64,000 bases of DNA. Source: an uncultured bacterium. GTDB lineage: Bacteria > Krumholzibacteriota > Krumholzibacteriia > Krumholzibacteriales > Krumholzibacteriaceae. The stretch covers positions 37,719 through 101,718 of the forward strand of contig CAWFAD010000006.1 of assembly GCA_963813815.1 (NCBI GenBank), given 5' to 3'. Position 1 is the first letter of the stretch, and every line of letters starts with the position of its first letter. The position numbers and the translations under genes are program-made. Positions 1 through 12,564 of the stretch are shown here, piece by piece. The notes under the pieces are model-generated. The model saw nothing but the letters and a program-made list of their open reading frames with translations, was not told the origin of the DNA and searched no databases.

Positions 1-254
1 GCGCGGTTTTCGCCGCCTCCCTCGTCGTCGACGCGGTCGGTCTTCGGCGGACTCCCGAGGGCGTCATCACGGCGGATGAAGTCACGGGCCGCATGGGGGA
101 CGCCGAAACGTACCAGCCGAGCTTCAAGGAACCGCTCCACGCCGGAAGCGAGTTCCGGCTCGTCGAGCGCCGCGTCGGCTGGTGGCTCGTCGAGCTCGAG
201 AACGGGGAGCGCACGTGGATCCCCGACGGGGCCGCGGAGCTTGTCATCGATTGA
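1..254 (+). CDS. 3' end of a BatE-like / SH3b-domain protein (partial, runs off window start)
   Basis: Manual translation from nt 3: ...VITADEVTGRMGDAETYQPSFKEPLHAGSEFRLVERRVGWWLVELENGERTWIPDGAAELVID*, which fits a bacterial SH3 pattern (LHAG-x-F...GW...W[IV]P); stop TGA at 252-254. Confidence 0.6.
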   Translation, partial: AVFAASLVVDAVGLRRTPEGVITADEVTGRMGDAETYQPSFKEPLHAGSEFRLVERRVGWWLVELENGERTWIPDGAAELVID

Positions 255-310
255 GAAGTAGGATACTCTTCGCGCATGGGATCGCCCGCTACGGGAAAGG
301 AGCAGGTCGA

Positions 311-1717
311 ATGAAGTCGCACCGCATCTTCGCTTTCGTCATCCTGTGTCTCGCCGCCCTCGCGGCGTCGACGGCCGCGTTCGCCGGGAAAGACGAATTG
401 GGCATCGCCCCCGGCGTCCTGAAGGATCTCGAGGGTTCGTTCGAGCTCGATGAGCACGGCCGCGCCCTCATGAACGCGCTCACCTCGAACGACGCGAAGA
501 GCCTCGCCCTGAGCCGCGAGCTCCTCATGCGGCAGGACGAGATATTCAACTTCAAGATCGACGCGAAGGGAATCACCGACCAGAAATCGAGCGGACGCTG
601 CTGGCTTTTCGCCGGGCTCAACATCATGCGCCCTGCGGTGATCAAGAAGCACAATCTCGAGAGCTTCGAGTTCTCCGAAAGCTATCTCTTCTTCTGGGAC
701 AAGCTCGAAAAGGCGAACCTCTTTCTGGATGCGGTGATCGAGCTCCGCGACCGCCCGCTCGACGACCGCGAGCTGCAGGTGCTCGTGAAGGATCCCATTC
801 CCGACGGCGGCTGGTGGTCCTACGTCACGGCCCTCATCGACAAGTACGGAGCCGTTCCGAAAGAGGTCATGCCCGAGACGAACAGCTCGAGCAGCACGGG
901 CCAGATGAACGCGCTGCTGGCGCGGCTCGTGCGCCGCGACGCCATCGATCTCCGCGCCATGGCGTCGAAGGGAGCGGGCGTCCCCGCGCTCGAAAAGCGC
1001 AAGAACGAGATGCTGCGCGACGTCTACCGGTTGCTCGTCCTCCATCTCGGCGTGCCGCCGAAGGAGTTCGTCTGGAGATACGAGGACAAGGATAAGAAGA
1101 TCCACGAGGCGAAGCACACGCCGTCCTCATTCTACCGCGACGTCGTCGGGGTCGATCTCGCCGACTACGTGTCGATCTTCGACCACGCGGCGTACCCGTA
1201 CCTCAAGTATTACCGCGTCAAGTACTGCCGCAACATGACGGGTATTCCCGACATGGATTTCGTCAACGTCGGCGCGAAGGCCTTCAAGGAGTACGCGCTC
1301 GCCATGCTGCTCGCGGGCGAGCCGGTCTGGTTCGCCGCGGACGTCGGCGCCGAGAACTACAGCAAGGGCGGCGTCATGCAGCCCGGCATCTACGACTACG
1401 AGGCGCTCCTCGGCGTCGATCTCGATCTCTCGAAGGCGGACAAAATCCGCACGTTCGACAGCTCGCCGAACCACGCGATGGTCTTGGTCGGCGTCGACAC
1501 GCTCGCGGGAAAGCCGCTCAAGTGGCGCGTCGAAAACTCGTGGGGCGCCGACGCCGGGAAGAGCGGCTATTGGGTCATGCACGACGAATGGTTCGACCGG
1601 TACGTCTACAACGTGATCGTTCACCGGAAATACGTTCCCGAGAACGTTCTCGCGCTCCTTTCGACCAAGCCGGAGGTGCTGCCGGCGTGGGATCCGATGC
1701 GCGAGCTCTTCAGGTAG
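311..1717 (+). CDS. pepC: Aminopeptidase C / bleomycin hydrolase family (peptidase C1B) with signal peptide
   Basis: QKSSGRCW (catalytic Cys), NHAM (His), ENSWG (Asn), C-terminal PAWDPM; hydrophobic N-terminus from ATG 311. Confidence 0.9.
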   Translation: MKSHRIFAFVILCLAALAASTAAFAGKDELGIAPGVLKDLEGSFELDEHGRALMNALTSNDAKSLALSRELLMRQDEIFNFKIDAKGITDQKSSGRCWLFAGLNIMRPAVIKKHNLESFEFSESYLFFWDKLEKANLFLDAVIELRDRPLDDRELQVLVKDPIPDGGWWSYVTALIDKYGAVPKEVMPETNSSSSTGQMNALLARLVRRDAIDLRAMASKGAGVPALEKRKNEMLRDVYRLLVLHLGVPPKEFVWRYEDKDKKIHEAKHTPSSFYRDVVGVDLADYVSIFDHAAYPYLKYYRVKYCRNMTGIPDMDFVNVGAKAFKEYALAMLLAGEPVWFAADVGAENYSKGGVMQPGIYDYEALLGVDLDLSKADKIRTFDSSPNHAMVLVGVDTLAGKPLKWRVENSWGADAGKSGYWVMHDEWFDRYVYNVIVHRKYVPENVLALLSTKPEVLPAWDPMRELFR

Positions 1718-1724
1718 GCCGCGC

Positions 1725-2465
1725 ATGCGCCGTATCAGCTGGAAGATCGCTCTCGGGACGTCGCTCGTCGTGCTCTCGGCCGTTCTCTACTACGTGCACT
1801 TCGCGGTCTTCCGAGATTCGCACCATATCTTCGTCTATCTTCTCGGCGACATCGCCTTCCTGCCGATCGAAGTGCTGCTCGTCACCCTCGTCATTCACCA
1901 GATTCTCACCGAGCGCGAGAAACGCCTCCTCCTGCAGAAGCTCAACATGGTGGTCGGCGCCTTCTTCAGCGAGGTGGGGATCAAGCTGCTCCGGTCCTTC
2001 ATCGACGCCGACCGCTCGCCGTCGCCGAAGTGCGAACGGCTCGGCGCCGGGGCCTGGCAGCGGCAGAGCCTCGCGGATCTCGTCCGGGTCATGAGGGAGT
2101 GCGAGTACAGCCCCGCCGCCGCGCCGGCGGACCTCGAACGCATGAAGGCGATGCTCGCCGCCGAGCGCGGCTTTCTTCTCGGACTTCTCGAGAACCCGAA
2201 TCTTCTCGAGCACGAGTCGTTTACCAACATGCTCTGGGCCGTGTTTCACCTCGCGGAGGAGCTCGAGGCGAGGAGCGTTTTCTCGGAGCTCCCCGCCTCG
2301 GACGTCAAGCATCTCGAGGGAGACATGAAGCGCGCCTACACGGCGCTCACCGTCGAATGGCTCTACTACATGGATCACCTGAAGCGAAATTACCCCTATC
2401 TCTTCTCGCTCGCCGTCCGCACGAATCCCTTCGACCGGACCATTTCGGCCATCGTGAGCGAGTGA
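1725..2465 (+). CDS. Hypothetical membrane protein (two N-terminal TM helices)
   Basis: 246-aa ORF with host-like codon use, 7 nt after pepC; hydrophobic N-terminus and soluble C-terminus ending YPYLFSLAVRTNPF. Confidence 0.75.
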   Translation: MRRISWKIALGTSLVVLSAVLYYVHFAVFRDSHHIFVYLLGDIAFLPIEVLLVTLVIHQILTEREKRLLLQKLNMVVGAFFSEVGIKLLRSFIDADRSPSPKCERLGAGAWQRQSLADLVRVMRECEYSPAAAPADLERMKAMLAAERGFLLGLLENPNLLEHESFTNMLWAVFHLAEELEARSVFSELPASDVKHLEGDMKRAYTALTVEWLYYMDHLKRNYPYLFSLAVRTNPFDRTISAIVSE

Positions 2466-2510
2466 GGCCGGCCATCGGTCATCGTCTTGTCAAATAAGGG
2501 CTTTCGCTTG

Positions 2511-2539
2511 TTGACACCGCGCGTTCGCTTCCGTATACT
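2511..2539 (+). promoter_or_regulatory. Sigma70-type promoter of the ATPase operon
   Basis: TTGACA (2511-2516), 17 nt spacer, TATACT (2534-2539), about 55 nt upstream of the first ATPase gene. Confidence 0.75.
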
Positions 2540-2593
2540 ACCCCAATACTATCCGCCGAGTTTATCCCAGTCGCAACGCGCGGGGGGACGTCC

Positions 2594-2947
2594 GTGAAGG
2601 AAGCCGTCCAGAAAATCCTCGAGACCGAAAGGGAAATGCGCGAGAGCATCGAACGGGCGCATGCGGAGTCGCAGAACATCGTGCGCGCGGCCGAGGAGCG
2701 CAGCCGGCAGGTCGAGGAGGAGGTCCGCCAGCAGGCGATACGAGAGGCGCAGGGAAAGCTCGACCGCATGAAGCTCGAGGCGGAGGAGGAGCGCTCGCGA
2801 CGGCTCGGGCAAGCGCAGGGTGGGAGCGAGGATCTCGTCGGCAAGAAGACGGCCGAGATCAAGGCCGCGTCCGAGCGCGTGACGGACCTCATTCTCGGCG
2901 TCGAGGCGAAGCAGGGCGAGCTTTTCGGCGGGGACGGCTCGCGATAA
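2594..2947 (+). CDS. A/V-type ATPase peripheral stalk subunit H/G
   Basis: Short charged helical protein (E/R/A-rich) at the head of the A/V-ATPase operon. Confidence 0.75.
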   Translation: MKEAVQKILETEREMRESIERAHAESQNIVRAAEERSRQVEEEVRQQAIREAQGKLDRMKLEAEEERSRRLGQAQGGSEDLVGKKTAEIKAASERVTDLILGVEAKQGELFGGDGSR

Positions 2948-2971
2948 TTCCCCGATAACGGCGGCGGAACG

Positions 2972-4033
2972 ATGATACTCGGGCCGATCGGCAAATACTC
3001 CCTCATCAACGCCAAGGTGCGGGCGCGCCTCAGCCGGCTGCTCCCGCCCGATACGATCTCGCGTCTCGCCGACGCGCGCGACATTCCCGAGTTCTACGGG
3101 GCGCTTCAGGGCTCGGTGTACGAGCAGGTGCTCGCGAAACCCGAGGTTTCCCTCGACCCGCGCGTCGCCGAGAAGCTCCTCGTCGAGCAGGAGGTGCAGT
3201 GGCACACGGAGCTCCTCAAGGATCTCCGCGGCCCGGCGAAGACGCTCATCGAGCTCATGCTCGAAAAATACGAAATCGAGAACGTCAAAACGGCTCTCAG
3301 GATCCGGGAGGGAGACCGCGGCGCGGGGGAGCTCGCGTACATCATTCGCAAAGAGCTCCCGCACAGCCTTCCCTACCAGTCGATCGCCGAGGCTTCCTCG
3401 ATCGAGGACGTGCTGCCGTATTTCATATCGACGCCCTATCTCAACCCCATCAAAGCCGTTCTCGACGATTACAAGCAGCGCGGCACGCTTTTTCCGATCG
3501 AGATTTCACTCGAAATCGATTTTTACAAGCGCTTGCGGGCCGCGGTCGAGAAGCTCGACCGGGCCGATCGCCGGATCGCGCAACGGCTCTTCGGGCTCGA
3601 GACCGACATGAAGAACATCAGCTGGCTCATACGGCTCAAGTTCTACTACGGGATCCCGGCCGGGGACCTCGGCGAGTACAACATCCCCGGCGGATACCGC
3701 CTCACGGGGGAACGGCTGCGCCAGGCGTTCATGGCCGATTCGATGAAGGACGTGCTCGGAGCCGCGCTCGACGGATCCTTTCGCCCCGTCGCGGAGCTCA
3801 TGCGGAAGGAGGAGGAGCTCTCGAAGCTCTACCTCCTCGAGATCATTCTCTGGAGCTACATCGTCCACGAGGCGAAACGGACGCTCGGCGGATTTCCGTT
3901 CACGATCGGGACGGTGCTCTCGTATCTCATCCTCAAGCGCACCGAGATCCGGAACCTGATCACCATTCTGAACGGCAAGCTTCTCAAGCTCGAGAGGGCG
4001 GATATCGAGACGCACCTCAGGAAAGCCTTCTAG
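2972..4033 (+). CDS. A/V-type ATPase subunit C (AC39 family)
   Basis: N-terminal YSLINAKVRARLSRLL and C-terminal YLILKRTEIRNLITI motifs; operon position. Confidence 0.85.
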   Translation: MILGPIGKYSLINAKVRARLSRLLPPDTISRLADARDIPEFYGALQGSVYEQVLAKPEVSLDPRVAEKLLVEQEVQWHTELLKDLRGPAKTLIELMLEKYEIENVKTALRIREGDRGAGELAYIIRKELPHSLPYQSIAEASSIEDVLPYFISTPYLNPIKAVLDDYKQRGTLFPIEISLEIDFYKRLRAAVEKLDRADRRIAQRLFGLETDMKNISWLIRLKFYYGIPAGDLGEYNIPGGYRLTGERLRQAFMADSMKDVLGAALDGSFRPVAELMRKEEELSKLYLLEIILWSYIVHEAKRTLGGFPFTIGTVLSYLILKRTEIRNLITILNGKLLKLERADIETHLRKAF

Positions 4034-6466
<2,433 letters not shown>

Positions 6467-6506
6467 CCGCGGGATCGGAACGGGACCGCGCGAGGGAGCG
6501 TGCAGG

Positions 6507-6812
6507 ATGCAGTTTTTCGTCATCGGCGATGAGAGCACGATCACCGGATTCGGGCTCGTCGGAGTCGAGGGTGAGACGGTGGAAACCCCCGACGAGGGCC
6601 GCGAGGCGCTCAGGAGGGCGTTTGCCTCGCCCGATATCGGCATCATCGTCGTTACGGAGAGGATCGCGGCCGGGATCCGCGACGAGATCGAGAAACATAC
6701 CTTCGGGCGGAGTTTTCCGCTCATCATCGAGATCCCCGACCGGACGGGGCCCCTGCCGGAGCGGGTTTCCATCCGGCAGATGGTGCGTGCGGCGGTCGGT
6801 ATCAGCGTCTGA
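6507..6812 (+). CDS. A/V-type ATPase subunit F
   Basis: VIGDESTITGFGLVG...PLIIEIPD...AVGI signature. Confidence 0.93.
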   Translation: MQFFVIGDESTITGFGLVGVEGETVETPDEGREALRRAFASPDIGIIVVTERIAAGIRDEIEKHTFGRSFPLIIEIPDRTGPLPERVSIRQMVRAAVGISV

Positions 6813-6843
6813 CGCGGCGGCCAGGCGCGGGAGGGTACGAGCG

Positions 6844-7491
6844 TTGACGGAACAAGAATCGGTCGACAAGATCTGCGAGCAGATCCGGGACGACGGGGCG
6901 AAAGAGGCCGGCTCCATCATGGGGAAGGCCCGCCGTACCGCCGACGAGATCGTCGCGCGCGCCGAGGCGAAGGCCCGCGAAGCCGCCGAGCGCATCGTGA
7001 AGGACGCGGCGGAACGCGGGGAGATCGCAACGCGGCGGACCCTCTCGAGCGTGAGCCTCGAGGTTCGCCGCATCAAGCTCCGCGCCCGCGAGGAGGTCGT
7101 GACGGCGGCCATGGCCCGGGTGGGCGCCGAGATGGAAAAGGCGCGGTCGCGGGACGATTACGCCGACATTCTCGCCGGTCTCGCCGTCGAGGCGATCAGC
7201 GTGCTCGAGGGGGAGAGCTTCACCGTTCACGCCGATCGCCGCGATATCGCGCTGCTCGAGTCGCGATCGTTCCCGCGCATCCGGGAAATCATCAAGGCGG
7301 AGGGGCGGTCCGCCCGATCGCTCGAGGCGAAGCCGCTTCCCGCCGCCACGCTCGGCGGCGTGCAGGTGAGCGTGCCGGGCGGCAACGTGCTCTTCGATAA
7401 CACGTTCGAAGCGCGTCTCTACCGGTTCCGCGAGGAAACGAGGGCGATGATCTTCGAGGAGGTTTTCTCCGATCGCGACGCGATCGAGTAA
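6844..7491 (+). CDS. A/V-type ATPase subunit E
   Basis: TTG start after GGAGGG; N-terminal coiled coil, C-terminal GGV...FDNTFEARL. Confidence 0.88.
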   Translation: MTEQESVDKICEQIRDDGAKEAGSIMGKARRTADEIVARAEAKAREAAERIVKDAAERGEIATRRTLSSVSLEVRRIKLRAREEVVTAAMARVGAEMEKARSRDDYADILAGLAVEAISVLEGESFTVHADRRDIALLESRSFPRIREIIKAEGRSARSLEAKPLPAATLGGVQVSVPGGNVLFDNTFEARLYRFREETRAMIFEEVFSDRDAIE

Positions 7492-7554
7492 CGTTCCGGA
7501 GCGGCCGCGCCGCCGGGGGCGCCGCGGCGGAAGCGAAGAAAGAGGAATAGCGCC

Positions 7555-9327
7555 GTGCTTGAGATTATCGGAAAGGTAGCGAAAGTCGTCGGGCCGGTCG
7601 TGCACGCGCGGGGGATCGTCAACGCGAAGATGCTCGATCTCGTCGAGGTGGGCGAGGAGCATCTCGTCGGCGAGATCGTGAAGCTCGACCGCGATCGCGC
7701 GGCGATCCAGGTGTACGAGGATACGACGGGGCTGCGCCCGGGCTCGAACATCTACAGCCCCGGCGTTCCGCTCTCGGTCGAGCTCGGCCCGGGGCTCCTC
7801 GGCACGATCTACGACGGGATTCAGCGTCCGCTCGAGGTCATCCGCGACACCACGGGGAGCGGGTACATTCAGAAGGGCATCCATGCCACCCCGCTCATGC
7901 GGGAGCGGCGGTGGGAGTTCGTCCCGACGATGGAGCCCGGCGCCGCGGTCGAGGGGGGCGAGATCGTCGGCACGATCCAGGAGACGGTGCTCATCGAGCA
8001 TCGTCTCCTCGTCCCTCCGGACACGAAGGGACGAGTCGTGTGGGTGGCGCCGGCGGGCGGGCATACGGTGGACGAGGTCGCCCTGCGCGTCGAGACCCCG
8101 CTCGGCGGGAAGATCGAGGTGCGCTTTCACCAGCGCTGGCCGGTGCGCAAACCCCGGCCAGTGAAGGCCCGTCTCCCGCTCCGGCTGCCCCTCGTCACGG
8201 GGCAGCGCGTGATCGACACGCTCTTTCCCCAGGCCAAGGGCGGAACGGTCGTCGTGCCGGGCGGGTTCGGCACGGGCAAGACGATGATCCAGCACGCGCT
8301 CGCGAAGTGGTGCGACGCCGATATCATCGTGTACATCGGATGCGGCGAGCGGGGGAACGAGATGACGGACGTGCTCATGAGCTTCCCCGAGCTCATCGAT
8401 CCCCGGACGAAGCGGCCCCTCATGGAGCGCACGATCATGATCGCGAACACGTCGAACATGCCGGTGGCGGCCCGCGAGGCCTCGATCTACACGGGAATCA
8501 CGATCGCCGAGTATTACCGCGATCAGGGGTACCACGTCGCGATCATGGCGGATTCGACCTCGCGCTGGGCCGAGGCGCTGCGCGAGCTCTCGGGCCGCAT
8601 GGAGGAAATGCCGGCGGACGAGGGGTTCCCCGCGTATCTGCCGACGAGGCTCGCCGAGTTCTACGAGCGGGCGGGCATGGTGCAAACGTTCTCCGGCCGC
8701 GAGGGATCGATCAGCATCGCCGGCGCGGTGTCCCCGCCGGGAGGAGATTTCTCCGAGCCGGTGACGCAGCACACGAAGCGGTTCGTCCGCTGTCTCTGGG
8801 CGCTCGACCGCCAGCTCGCCAACGCGCGCCATTACCCGGCGATTTCGTGGCTCGACAGCTACAGCGAGTACGTGGACGAGATCGCCGACTGGTGGCAGGA
8901 GCGCTCGAACGGCGAGTGGAGCGATCTGCGGCATCAGATCCTCGACCTGCTCCAGCAGGAGGGGAAGCTGCAGCAGGTCGTGAAGCTCGTCGGCCCCGAC
9001 GTTCTCCCCGACACGCAGCGGATCGTTCTCGAGACGTGCGAAATGTTCAAGAACGCGTTTCTCCAACAGAACAGCTACGACAAGATCGACATGTTCTGCA
9101 CGCCCGAAAAGCAGGTGAAGATGCTGCGCGTCATCATCGACTTCTACAAGCTCGGCGTCGAGGCGATTAAGAAGGGCGCGAACATCCATCAGCTCAAGAA
9201 GCTCGAGGTATTCTCCGATATTCTCCGCATGAAGTTTTCGGTCTCGAACGACGAGGCTGGGAAGATAGACGCGATCCGCGAGAAGCTGCACCGCTCGATG
9301 CAGCAGGTAACGGAGATGTACGAATAA
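7555..9327 (+). CDS. atpA: A/V-type ATPase catalytic subunit A
   Basis: Walker A GGFGTGKT, GCGERGNEM, ANTSNMPVAAREAS, EEMPADEGFPAYL. Confidence 0.97.
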   Translation: MLEIIGKVAKVVGPVVHARGIVNAKMLDLVEVGEEHLVGEIVKLDRDRAAIQVYEDTTGLRPGSNIYSPGVPLSVELGPGLLGTIYDGIQRPLEVIRDTTGSGYIQKGIHATPLMRERRWEFVPTMEPGAAVEGGEIVGTIQETVLIEHRLLVPPDTKGRVVWVAPAGGHTVDEVALRVETPLGGKIEVRFHQRWPVRKPRPVKARLPLRLPLVTGQRVIDTLFPQAKGGTVVVPGGFGTGKTMIQHALAKWCDADIIVYIGCGERGNEMTDVLMSFPELIDPRTKRPLMERTIMIANTSNMPVAAREASIYTGITIAEYYRDQGYHVAIMADSTSRWAEALRELSGRMEEMPADEGFPAYLPTRLAEFYERAGMVQTFSGREGSISIAGAVSPPGGDFSEPVTQHTKRFVRCLWALDRQLANARHYPAISWLDSYSEYVDEIADWWQERSNGEWSDLRHQILDLLQQEGKLQQVVKLVGPDVLPDTQRIVLETCEMFKNAFLQQNSYDKIDMFCTPEKQVKMLRVIIDFYKLGVEAIKKGANIHQLKKLEVFSDILRMKFSVSNDEAGKIDAIREKLHRSMQQVTEMYE

Positions 9328-9333
9328 GAAACG

Positions 9334-10737
9334 GTGAGTGAGATGATCGACACAAAGCATCGCGCCGAGGGCCGCCAGTACATCGGGATCGATCAGGTCT
9401 CGGGTCCCCTCGTCTTCATCAAGGGGATTCACAACGTCGGTTTCAACGAGATCGCCGAGATCGTCGACGCCCGGGGACACGTCCGCCTCGGCATGGTTCT
9501 CGAAACCTCCGAAGGGGCGGCCGTCATACAGGTGTTCGAGGGAACCTCGGGGCTTTCGATTCCCGAAACGCGCATCCGGTTCCGCGGCGAATCGCTCCGG
9601 TTCGGCGTCGGGAGCGAGATCCTCGGCCGTGTGTTCAACGGGCTCGGGGAGCCGATCGACGGGGGTCCGTCGCCGATGGTCGAGGAAATGATGGACGTGA
9701 ACGGCCTCCCCATCAATCCGACGGCGCGCGAGTATCCGCGCAAGTTCATCCAGACCGGCATCTCGGCGATCGACGGCATGAACACGCTCGTGCGCGGTCA
9801 GAAGCTCCCGATCTTTTCCGGCACGGGGCTTCCGCACAACAAGATCGTCGCGCAGATCACGCGCCAGGCGAAAATCGTCGGCGAGGACACGCAGTTCGCG
9901 GTGGTGTTCGCCGCGATGGGCATCAAACACGACGTCTCGCGCTACTTCGTCCGCAACTTCGAGGAGTCGGGGGTGCTCGAGAAGGTCGTCTTCATCCTCA
10001 ACCTCGCGGACGACCCCTCCGTCGAGCGTCTCGTGACCCCTCGAGTCGCCCTCACCGCGGCGGAGTTTCTCGCGTTCCAGCTCCACATGCACGTGCTCGT
10101 CATCCTGAGCGACATGACGAACTACTGCGAATCGCTCCGCGAGATCTCGACGGTGCGCGAGGAAATCCCGAGCCGGAAAGGCTACCCCGGATATCTCTAC
10201 AGCGATCTCTCGGCGATCTACGAGCGCGCGGGCATGCTCAAGGGCGTCGAGGGTTCGATCACGCAGATGCCCATTCTCACGATGCCGAACGACGACATTT
10301 CGCACCCGGTGCCCGATCTGTCGGGATACATCACCGAGGGACAGATCGTTCTCGAGCGCGAGCTCGACCAGAGGAACATCTATCCGCCGATCGCGGGGCT
10401 CCCGTCGCTGAGCCGGCTCATGAAGGACGGCATCGGCGAGGGGATGACGCGCGCCGACCACGCGCACGTCGCGAGCCAGCTCTTCGCGGCCTACTCCCAC
10501 GTCAAGGACGTCCGGGCGCTCGCGGCGGTCATCGGCGAGGAGGAGCTCGCGCCGCTCGACAAGATCTATCTCGATTTCGGCAACAAGTTCGAGCGCGAAT
10601 ACCTGAGCCAGGGCGAGTACGAGGACCGGAGCATCGTGCAGACGCTCGACATCGGCTGGCGGGTGCTTTCCTACCTGCCGAAGGAGGAGCTGCACCGGAT
10701 CAGCGAAGAGGAGCTCAACAAGTTCTACGGCAAATAG
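9334..10737 (+). CDS. atpB: A/V-type ATPase subunit B
   Basis: [45 protein letters not shown]. Confidence 0.97.
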   Translation: MSEMIDTKHRAEGRQYIGIDQVSGPLVFIKGIHNVGFNEIAEIVDARGHVRLGMVLETSEGAAVIQVFEGTSGLSIPETRIRFRGESLRFGVGSEILGRVFNGLGEPIDGGPSPMVEEMMDVNGLPINPTAREYPRKFIQTGISAIDGMNTLVRGQKLPIFSGTGLPHNKIVAQITRQAKIVGEDTQFAVVFAAMGIKHDVSRYFVRNFEESGVLEKVVFILNLADDPSVERLVTPRVALTAAEFLAFQLHMHVLVILSDMTNYCESLREISTVREEIPSRKGYPGYLYSDLSAIYERAGMLKGVEGSITQMPILTMPNDDISHPVPDLSGYITEGQIVLERELDQRNIYPPIAGLPSLSRLMKDGIGEGMTRADHAHVASQLFAAYSHVKDVRALAAVIGEEELAPLDKIYLDFGNKFEREYLSQGEYEDRSIVQTLDIGWRVLSYLPKEELHRISEEELNKFYGK

Positions 10738-10805
10738 CTCCCCGCGGGCCGCGACGGCCGGGGAGCGTCCGGCCGCCGCGGAGCGGCGGATGAAACGGAT
10801 CGCAG

Positions 10806-11444
10806 ATGGCACGATACGAAGTGGCGCCGACCAAGACCAACCTCCAGAAGGTCAAGCGGGATCTCACCTTCGCGGAAGAGGGATGGGAGCTGCTCGACCA
10901 GAAGCGCAAGATCCTCATCGTCGAGCTCATGGGGCTCATCGACCGCGCGGTCGAGGCGCAGGAAGAGGTCGAGAAGCGGCTCGAGACGGCCTACCGGGCG
11001 CTCGATCAGGCGACACTCCGCATGGGACGGCGGGAGCTCGGGCTCGTCTCGCTCGGCATGCATATCCGCGCCGACATCAAGTTCTCGGAGCGGCGGGTGA
11101 TGGGGGTCTCGATCCCGAAGGTGCGGGTCGAGGTGGACGACAAATCCCCCTACGTGGCGGCGGCCGAGAGCAGCGTGTGGGTCGACGAGTCGGTGCTGCG
11201 GTTCCGCGAGGTGCTTGGTCTTCTCGGACAGCTCGCCGAGGCTCGCATCGCTCTCATGCGCCTCGCGAGGGAAGTGGCGAAGACGGTCCGGCGCGTGAAC
11301 GCGCTCGAAAAGATCTTCATCCCCGATTACAACGAAACGCTGAAGTACATCATCATGTCTCTCGAGGAAATGGACCGGGAGGCGTTCTTCATCAACAAAC
11401 TCGTCAAAGACCACCTCCAGCAAAGGAAAGAGGCGGCCACATGA
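10806..11444 (+). CDS. atpD: A/V-type ATPase subunit D
   Basis: APTKTNL...LLDQKRKIL...RRVNALEKIFIP. Confidence 0.95.
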   Translation: MARYEVAPTKTNLQKVKRDLTFAEEGWELLDQKRKILIVELMGLIDRAVEAQEEVEKRLETAYRALDQATLRMGRRELGLVSLGMHIRADIKFSERRVMGVSIPKVRVEVDDKSPYVAAAESSVWVDESVLRFREVLGLLGQLAEARIALMRLAREVAKTVRRVNALEKIFIPDYNETLKYIIMSLEEMDREAFFINKLVKDHLQQRKEAAT

Positions 11445-11926
11445 CCCATCCGCTCGCGAAGATACTGCTGTATATCGACGGCAGCGAATCCTCGATCACG
11501 GCCTCGCAATTCGCGATCATCATGGCCAAGAAATACGGCTCGGCGCTCAGCGCGATCTACGTGGTGAACGAGAACCTGCTCTCCGAGCTTCTCGGCGCGA
11601 AGGTGTTCGTACAGATGGAGAAGATGGACTACGAGCGCTCCCTCGAGGACGACGGCAAGCGCTATCTCAACTACGTCGTCAAGCTCGGCGAAAAAAAGGG
11701 GATCAAGGTCGAGACGCTGTTCCGCAAGGGGATCGTTCACGAAGAGGTCATCAAAGAGGTGGCCGGGGGGGGCTACGATCTGCTCGTTCAGGGCGAGCTC
11801 GGCGAGGTGCTGAGCCTGCGCGACTCCTTTTACGAGGAGGGCGAGCGGATCCTCCGCAAGGTGAACTGCGCGGTGCTCGTCGCGCGGGGCAAGGACCGGG
11901 TGGAGCGGGCGTTCGCCGATCTCTAG
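11441..11926 (+). CDS. Universal stress protein (UspA family)
   Basis: KILLYIDGSESS...DLLVQG...ERILRKVNCAVLVAR; ATGA overlap with the atpD stop. Confidence 0.85.
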   Translation: MTHPLAKILLYIDGSESSITASQFAIIMAKKYGSALSAIYVVNENLLSELLGAKVFVQMEKMDYERSLEDDGKRYLNYVVKLGEKKGIKVETLFRKGIVHEEVIKEVAGGGYDLLVQGELGEVLSLRDSFYEEGERILRKVNCAVLVARGKDRVERAFADL

Positions 11927-11944
11927 AGGGGCCGGACGAGGGTC

Positions 11945-11973
11945 TTGCCAACCGGGGGGCGGTTCGTTATGTT
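11945..11973 (+). promoter_or_regulatory. Possible sigma70 promoter for the PTS IIA gene
   Basis: TTGCCA, 17 nt spacer, TATGTT in the intergenic region. Confidence 0.35.
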
Positions 11974-12027
11974 ACGGGAATATCGAACGGCGTTCGGGAC
12001 CCGAGGGTCCCGCGGAGGAATGGAACG

Positions 12028-12498
12028 ATGAAGCTGACCGATTACATCACACCGCAGCACGTCAAGATCGACCTCGACGGCACGAGCAAGGGAGACGTCA
12101 TCGAGGAGCTCGTCGGGATTCTCGTCGATACGAACGACGCCACGGATGCCGACACGATCTACGACGCGGTCATGAAGCGCGAGGGAGAGGGATCGACCGG
12201 CCTCGAGAAGGGCGTGGCGATTCCGCACGCCAAGTCCGACGCCGTGAAACGTCTCAGCATCGTCATCGGCATATCGCGGGAAGGGATCGATTTCGACTCT
12301 CAGGACGGGAAACCGGCGCATCTGTTTTTTCTCATGGTCGCGCCGACGTCCGAGTCCGGCCCGCACGTGCAGGCGATCGCCAAGATCGTCAAGCTCATCA
12401 AGTTCGACAAGTTCCGCGAGAGGCTCATCAAGGCGAAGAAGCCGCAGGACGTCGTCGATATGATATTCCGGGTCGAAAACGGCGATGAAGAGGGCTGA
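12028..12498 (+). CDS. PTS IIA domain protein (PtsN/fructose-IIA-like)
   Basis: REGEGSTGLEKGVAIPHAK (phospho-His motif), IDFDSQDGKPAHLFFLM. Confidence 0.9.
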   Translation: MKLTDYITPQHVKIDLDGTSKGDVIEELVGILVDTNDATDADTIYDAVMKREGEGSTGLEKGVAIPHAKSDAVKRLSIVIGISREGIDFDSQDGKPAHLFFLMVAPTSESGPHVQAIAKIVKLIKFDKFRERLIKAKKPQDVVDMIFRVENGDEEG

Positions 12499-12564
12499 GA
12501 GCGCGCCCTTTCCTCGACGCACGATCCGGCCGGCGGCCCCTTCCCCCGTTTCGCGAAATCGCGC

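Noticed and set aside
6802..10812. 1336-aa minus-strand ORF and other long antisense or alternate-frame ORFs (e.g. 14050-17007, 40447-42825, 47925-50306)
   Set aside because: Shadow ORFs expected in high-GC DNA, overlapping well-supported genes and lacking recognisable motifs
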